This document shows positions 35,093 through 38,176 of a stretch of DNA of 38,176 bases, in pieces. Source of the DNA: Octopus bimaculoides. Lineage: Eukaryota. The position numbers and the translations under genes are program-made. Position 1 is the stretch's first letter. Each line of letters opens with the position of its first letter. A model generated the notes under the pieces. The model was not told where the DNA came from. It was given only the letters and a program-made list of their open reading frames with translations, and did not search any database. Location: NCBI RefSeq assembly GCF_001194135.2, contig NC_068991.1, positions 74,206,760 through 74,244,935 on the forward strand, written 5' to 3'.

Positions 35093-35420
35093 GGCGCATA
35101 GCTCAGTGGTTAGAGCATCGGGCTCACAATCATGAGGTAATGAGTTCGATTCCCGGATCGGGCTGTGTGTTATGTCCTTGAGTAAGACACTTTATTTCAC
35201 GTTGCTCCAGTTCACTGAGCTGTAGAAATGAGTTACGACGTCACTGGTGCCAAGCTGTATCGGCCCTTTTGCCTTTTTCTTGGGTAACATCAGTGACATG
35301 GAGAGAAGAGGCTGGTATGCATGGGCGACTGTTGGTCTTCCATAAACAACCTAGCCAGGACAAGTGCCTCGGAGGGTAATTTTGTAAGGTCAATCTCATG
35401 GCCATTTATAATACCCTTTT
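35093..35420 (+). mobile_element. tRNA-derived SINE with head-2 and its own tail
   Basis: A-box TAGCTCAGTGGTT, B-box GAGTTCGATTCCC, then GTCCTTGAGTAAGACACTTTATTTCACGTTGCTC, which is shared with 37629-37965. Confidence 0.85.
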
Positions 35421-35910
35421 TTCTTTGAAAACTGATATCAGGTTCATATCGAAAATAATCTACTCTGGGTAGCCATATGAACCAGTACTGCCTGTTTCGC
35501 TGTTGGGCAACTGAACCAGCAGCACAAGTGTAGAATCTCATTCCTGTGTGTGGAGGGTGGATGGACACCCATTGATAAAAGAGAAGGATTCAGTTGTTTG
35601 TTCGAACGAAATTACCCACTCATTGAATTTATGTACACGTGGCAGATCAATCGACAAGGCTTGTGTATCCATAACATAATTCTCAGACAGAACCAATATA
35701 ACACAGTGAAGACAAGGCCCGAACATTCGAGTTATTGTATCTTTCTGGTTTCATTTGCACAATCAGATTTTGTTCAAGTTTTTTACATTGTTTTATTGTT
35801 TTTTTGTTTTTTCAATAAAAAACTTACAAATTTTTAAAGTTTGAAATTTTAGCCAATCAGAAAACTCCATTATCGACATGCCGGATATTGAATTTATCAT
35901 GCTGTATTAA

Positions 35911-36132
35911 CCCATTAAGTCCCACCGTCCTATAAATAGGACACTAAATGAAAACATTAAATAAGCTATATCACATTGTCTCTGTGTCCTATTTATAGGG
36001 CACCAAGTATTTCAATTTCTACTTGAAGTAAAGGAGTTTTAATAATTATGTTTTTCATTTTAACCTCTTTCAGTCATCTGTAAAAATTTAAAAGTAATAT
36101 TCAGAAATTTAAGTATTCTGGGACTTAATGGG
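35911..36132. mobile_element. TTAA-type MITE, family 3
   Basis: Perfect 14-bp TIRs CCCATTAAGTCCCA and TGGGACTTAATGGG. TTAA at 35907-35910; the right TTAA is altered to TACA. Confidence 0.8.
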
Positions 36133-36137
36133 TACAA

Positions 36138-36315
36138 CCCTGAAATTTTGGGGGAGGGAACTAGTCAATTAATTACACTGGTACTTAATTTATCGACCCC
36201 GAAAGGATGAAAGGTAAAGTCGACCTCGGCGGAATTTGAACTCAGAACGTAAAGACCAACGAAATACCGCTAAGCATTTCGTCCGGTGCGCTAACGCTTC
36301 TGCCAGCTCACCGCC
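36138..36315 (-). mobile_element. SINE family D
   Basis: CTGGTACTTAATTTATCGACCCCGAAAGGATGAAAGGTAAAGTCGACCTCGGCGGAATTTGAACTCAGAACG..CAGCTCACCGCC. Confidence 0.9.
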
Positions 36316-36960
36316 TTTTCAGTTTCCTAAATAGCAACAAAATTGGCCACGGTTTTCATAATAACAATAACCCATTGTTGTTGGTTTCCTATTTTCAGGT
36401 CCGGTGATCGAAGCCACGATCTTATATAGACTTGAACCCAGCACCCTTGCTTCTAGGCCACAAAAAAAAAATACTGAAATATATATANNNNNNNNNNNNN
36501 NNNNNNNNNNNNNNNNNNNNNNNNNNNNNNNNNNNNNNNNNNNNNNNNNNNNNNNNNNNNNNNNNNNNNNNNNNNNNNNNNNNNNNNNNNNNNNNNNNNN
36601 NNNNNNNNNNNNNNNNNNNNNNNNNNNNNNNNNNNNNNNNNNNNNNNNNNNNNNNNNNNNNNNNNNNNNNNNNNNNNNNNNNNNNNNNNNNNNNNNNNNN
36701 NNNNNNNNNNNNNNNNNNNNNNNNNNNNNNNNNNNNNNNNNNAGACAAGTCTAAAGCTGATATTGTGGATGAAAGAAGTTAGAAGAGATCTGGTGTTATT
36801 TTTGTCGTCGTTGTATTGTTTTGTCAGTGAAATTCCGACAAGAGAGAGTAAGAGAGAAAACGAGCGAGTGAGAGAGAGAGAAAATAGGTTTAAAAGCGAG
36901 GCTATATGAATCGGGAAGATTTCAGCTCGTCTTATATTGGCGAGTCTCTAGGAAATATGT

Positions 36961-37342
36961 TGTCGTGGCACTCCGTCGGTTACGATGACAAGGGTTCCAG
37001 TTGATCCGATCAACGGAACAGCCTGCTCGTGAAATTAATGTGTAAGTGGCTGAGCACTCCACAGACACGTGTACCCTTAACGTAGTTCTCTGGGTGATTC
37101 AGCGTGACACAGAGTGTGACAAGACTGGCCTTTTGAAATACAGGTACAATAGAAACAGGAAGAAAGAGTGAGAGGAAGTTGTAGTGAAAGAGTACAGCAG
37201 GGTTCGCCACCACCCTCTGCCGGAGCTTCGTGGAAATTTAGGCGTTTTCGCTCAATAAACACTCACAACGGTCCGGGAATCGAAACCGCAATCCTTTGAC
37301 CGTGAGTCCGCTGCCCTAACCACTGGGCCATTGCGCCTCCAC
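36961..37342 (-). mobile_element. SINE family A, full length with TSD
   Basis: Reverse complement of 3444-3825. An 11-bp direct repeat AGGAAATATGT lies at 36950-36960 and 37343-37353. Confidence 0.92.
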
Positions 37343-37390
37343 AGGAAATATGTGAATAGAGATACTTTAAACGATCAGATATTTTTTTTC

Positions 37391-37622
37391 TGTGGCTATG
37401 TAGTAAGAAATTGACTTCCCAAATCACGGGGTTTCAGGTTCAGTCCCACTGCATGGCACCTTAAACATGTTCCACTATAATCTCAGGCCGACCAAAACTT
37501 TGCGAGTGGATTTGGTTGACGGAAACTGAAGGAAGCTTGTCGTATATATATGTATGTGTGTATGTATGTATGTGTGTATGTATGTATGTGTGTGCGTGCG
37601 TGTGTGTGTGTGTGTGTGTGTG
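37391..37622 (+). mobile_element. SINE family B head/core plus (TATG)/(GT) microsatellite
   Basis: AGTAAGAAATTGACTTCCCAA..GGTTCAGTCCCACTGCATGGCACC..GAGTGGATTTGGTTGACGGAAACTGAAGGAAGC. Confidence 0.85.
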
Positions 37623-37628
37623 TGAGTG

Positions 37629-37965
37629 GGAAGGCGCGTGACTTTGTGTTTAGGGTATTCTGTTCACAATCGCAAGATCCTGAGTTCAATTCCTGGCAAC
37701 GCGTTGTGTCCTTGAGCAAGACACTTTATTTCACGTTGCTCTAATCCACACAACTGGCAAATATGAGTTGTACCTGTATTTCAAAGGGCCAGCCTTGTCA
37801 CACTCTGTGTCACACACTGTGTCACGCTGAATCTCCCTGAGAACTACGTTAAGGGTACACGTGTCTGTGGAGTGCTCAGCCACTTGCACATTAATTCTAC
37901 TACAAGCAGGCTATTCTGTTGATCGGATCAACTGGAACCCTTGTCATCGTAACCGACGGAGAGCC
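37629..37965 (+). mobile_element. Chimeric SINE: head-2/core joined to the family A tail
   Basis: The 5' half matches 35093-35230. From GTTGTACCTG (about 37767) onward it matches family A 3637-3822. Confidence 0.85.
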
Positions 37966-38176
37966 TTAGTGCTCTTAGCTTAGATTTTCTCGGGGCCGGC
38001 CAGATTAGAGCAGTCTCGAGAGTAACCGGCCGAAACTGCAAAGACGATCTGGTACTCGACTAAAGATTGAAAGCTCCGAATGACCCGTCCTTGTTATTTC
38101 CTGCCCTTTTCGTATCGTCCAACTGTCCGAATGTTTTGTTGTCACCTGTTATGTTCTTTCATTTTTTATTTTCCTA

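Noticed and set aside
35093-35165. tRNA gene (also the heads at 3444 and 37270-37342)
   Set aside because: A and B boxes are present but acceptor and anticodon stems are broken, and each continues into a SINE body; two have TSDs.
34870-35560. Minus-strand exon candidates (GTGNTFLFKKTGISH; GMRFYTCAAG..YFRYEPDISF)
   Set aside because: The peptides are unrecognised, one donor lies at a SINE end, and there is no consistent exon chain.

Overview
Repeat-dense eukaryotic scaffold with eight N gaps, most flanked by simple repeats. The interspersed-repeat repertoire looks like an Octopus (coleoid cephalopod) genome; this is inferred from repeat style, not from a search. No complete gene, rRNA, intact tRNA or CRISPR array is visible. 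Nearly all ORFs in the supplied track are translations of microsatellites, gaps or SINEs. The window holds at least five modular SINE-like families (here called A, B, C, D and head-2), TTAA-flanked and hAT-like MITEs, and decayed LINE fragments of the RTE, CR1/Jockey and R4/Dong types. There are two unassigned candidate exons: a minus-strand terminal exon at about 16.1 kb and a plus-strand signal-peptide exon at about 23.4 kb. The most notable structures are a triple-nested TTAA-MITE stack, an octamer+CCAAT inverted repeat, tandem R4/Dong fragments around an (AAT)23 tract, a chimeric SINE and an apparent CpG-depletion boundary near 15 kb. I found no convincing evidence of a wholly new biological system.
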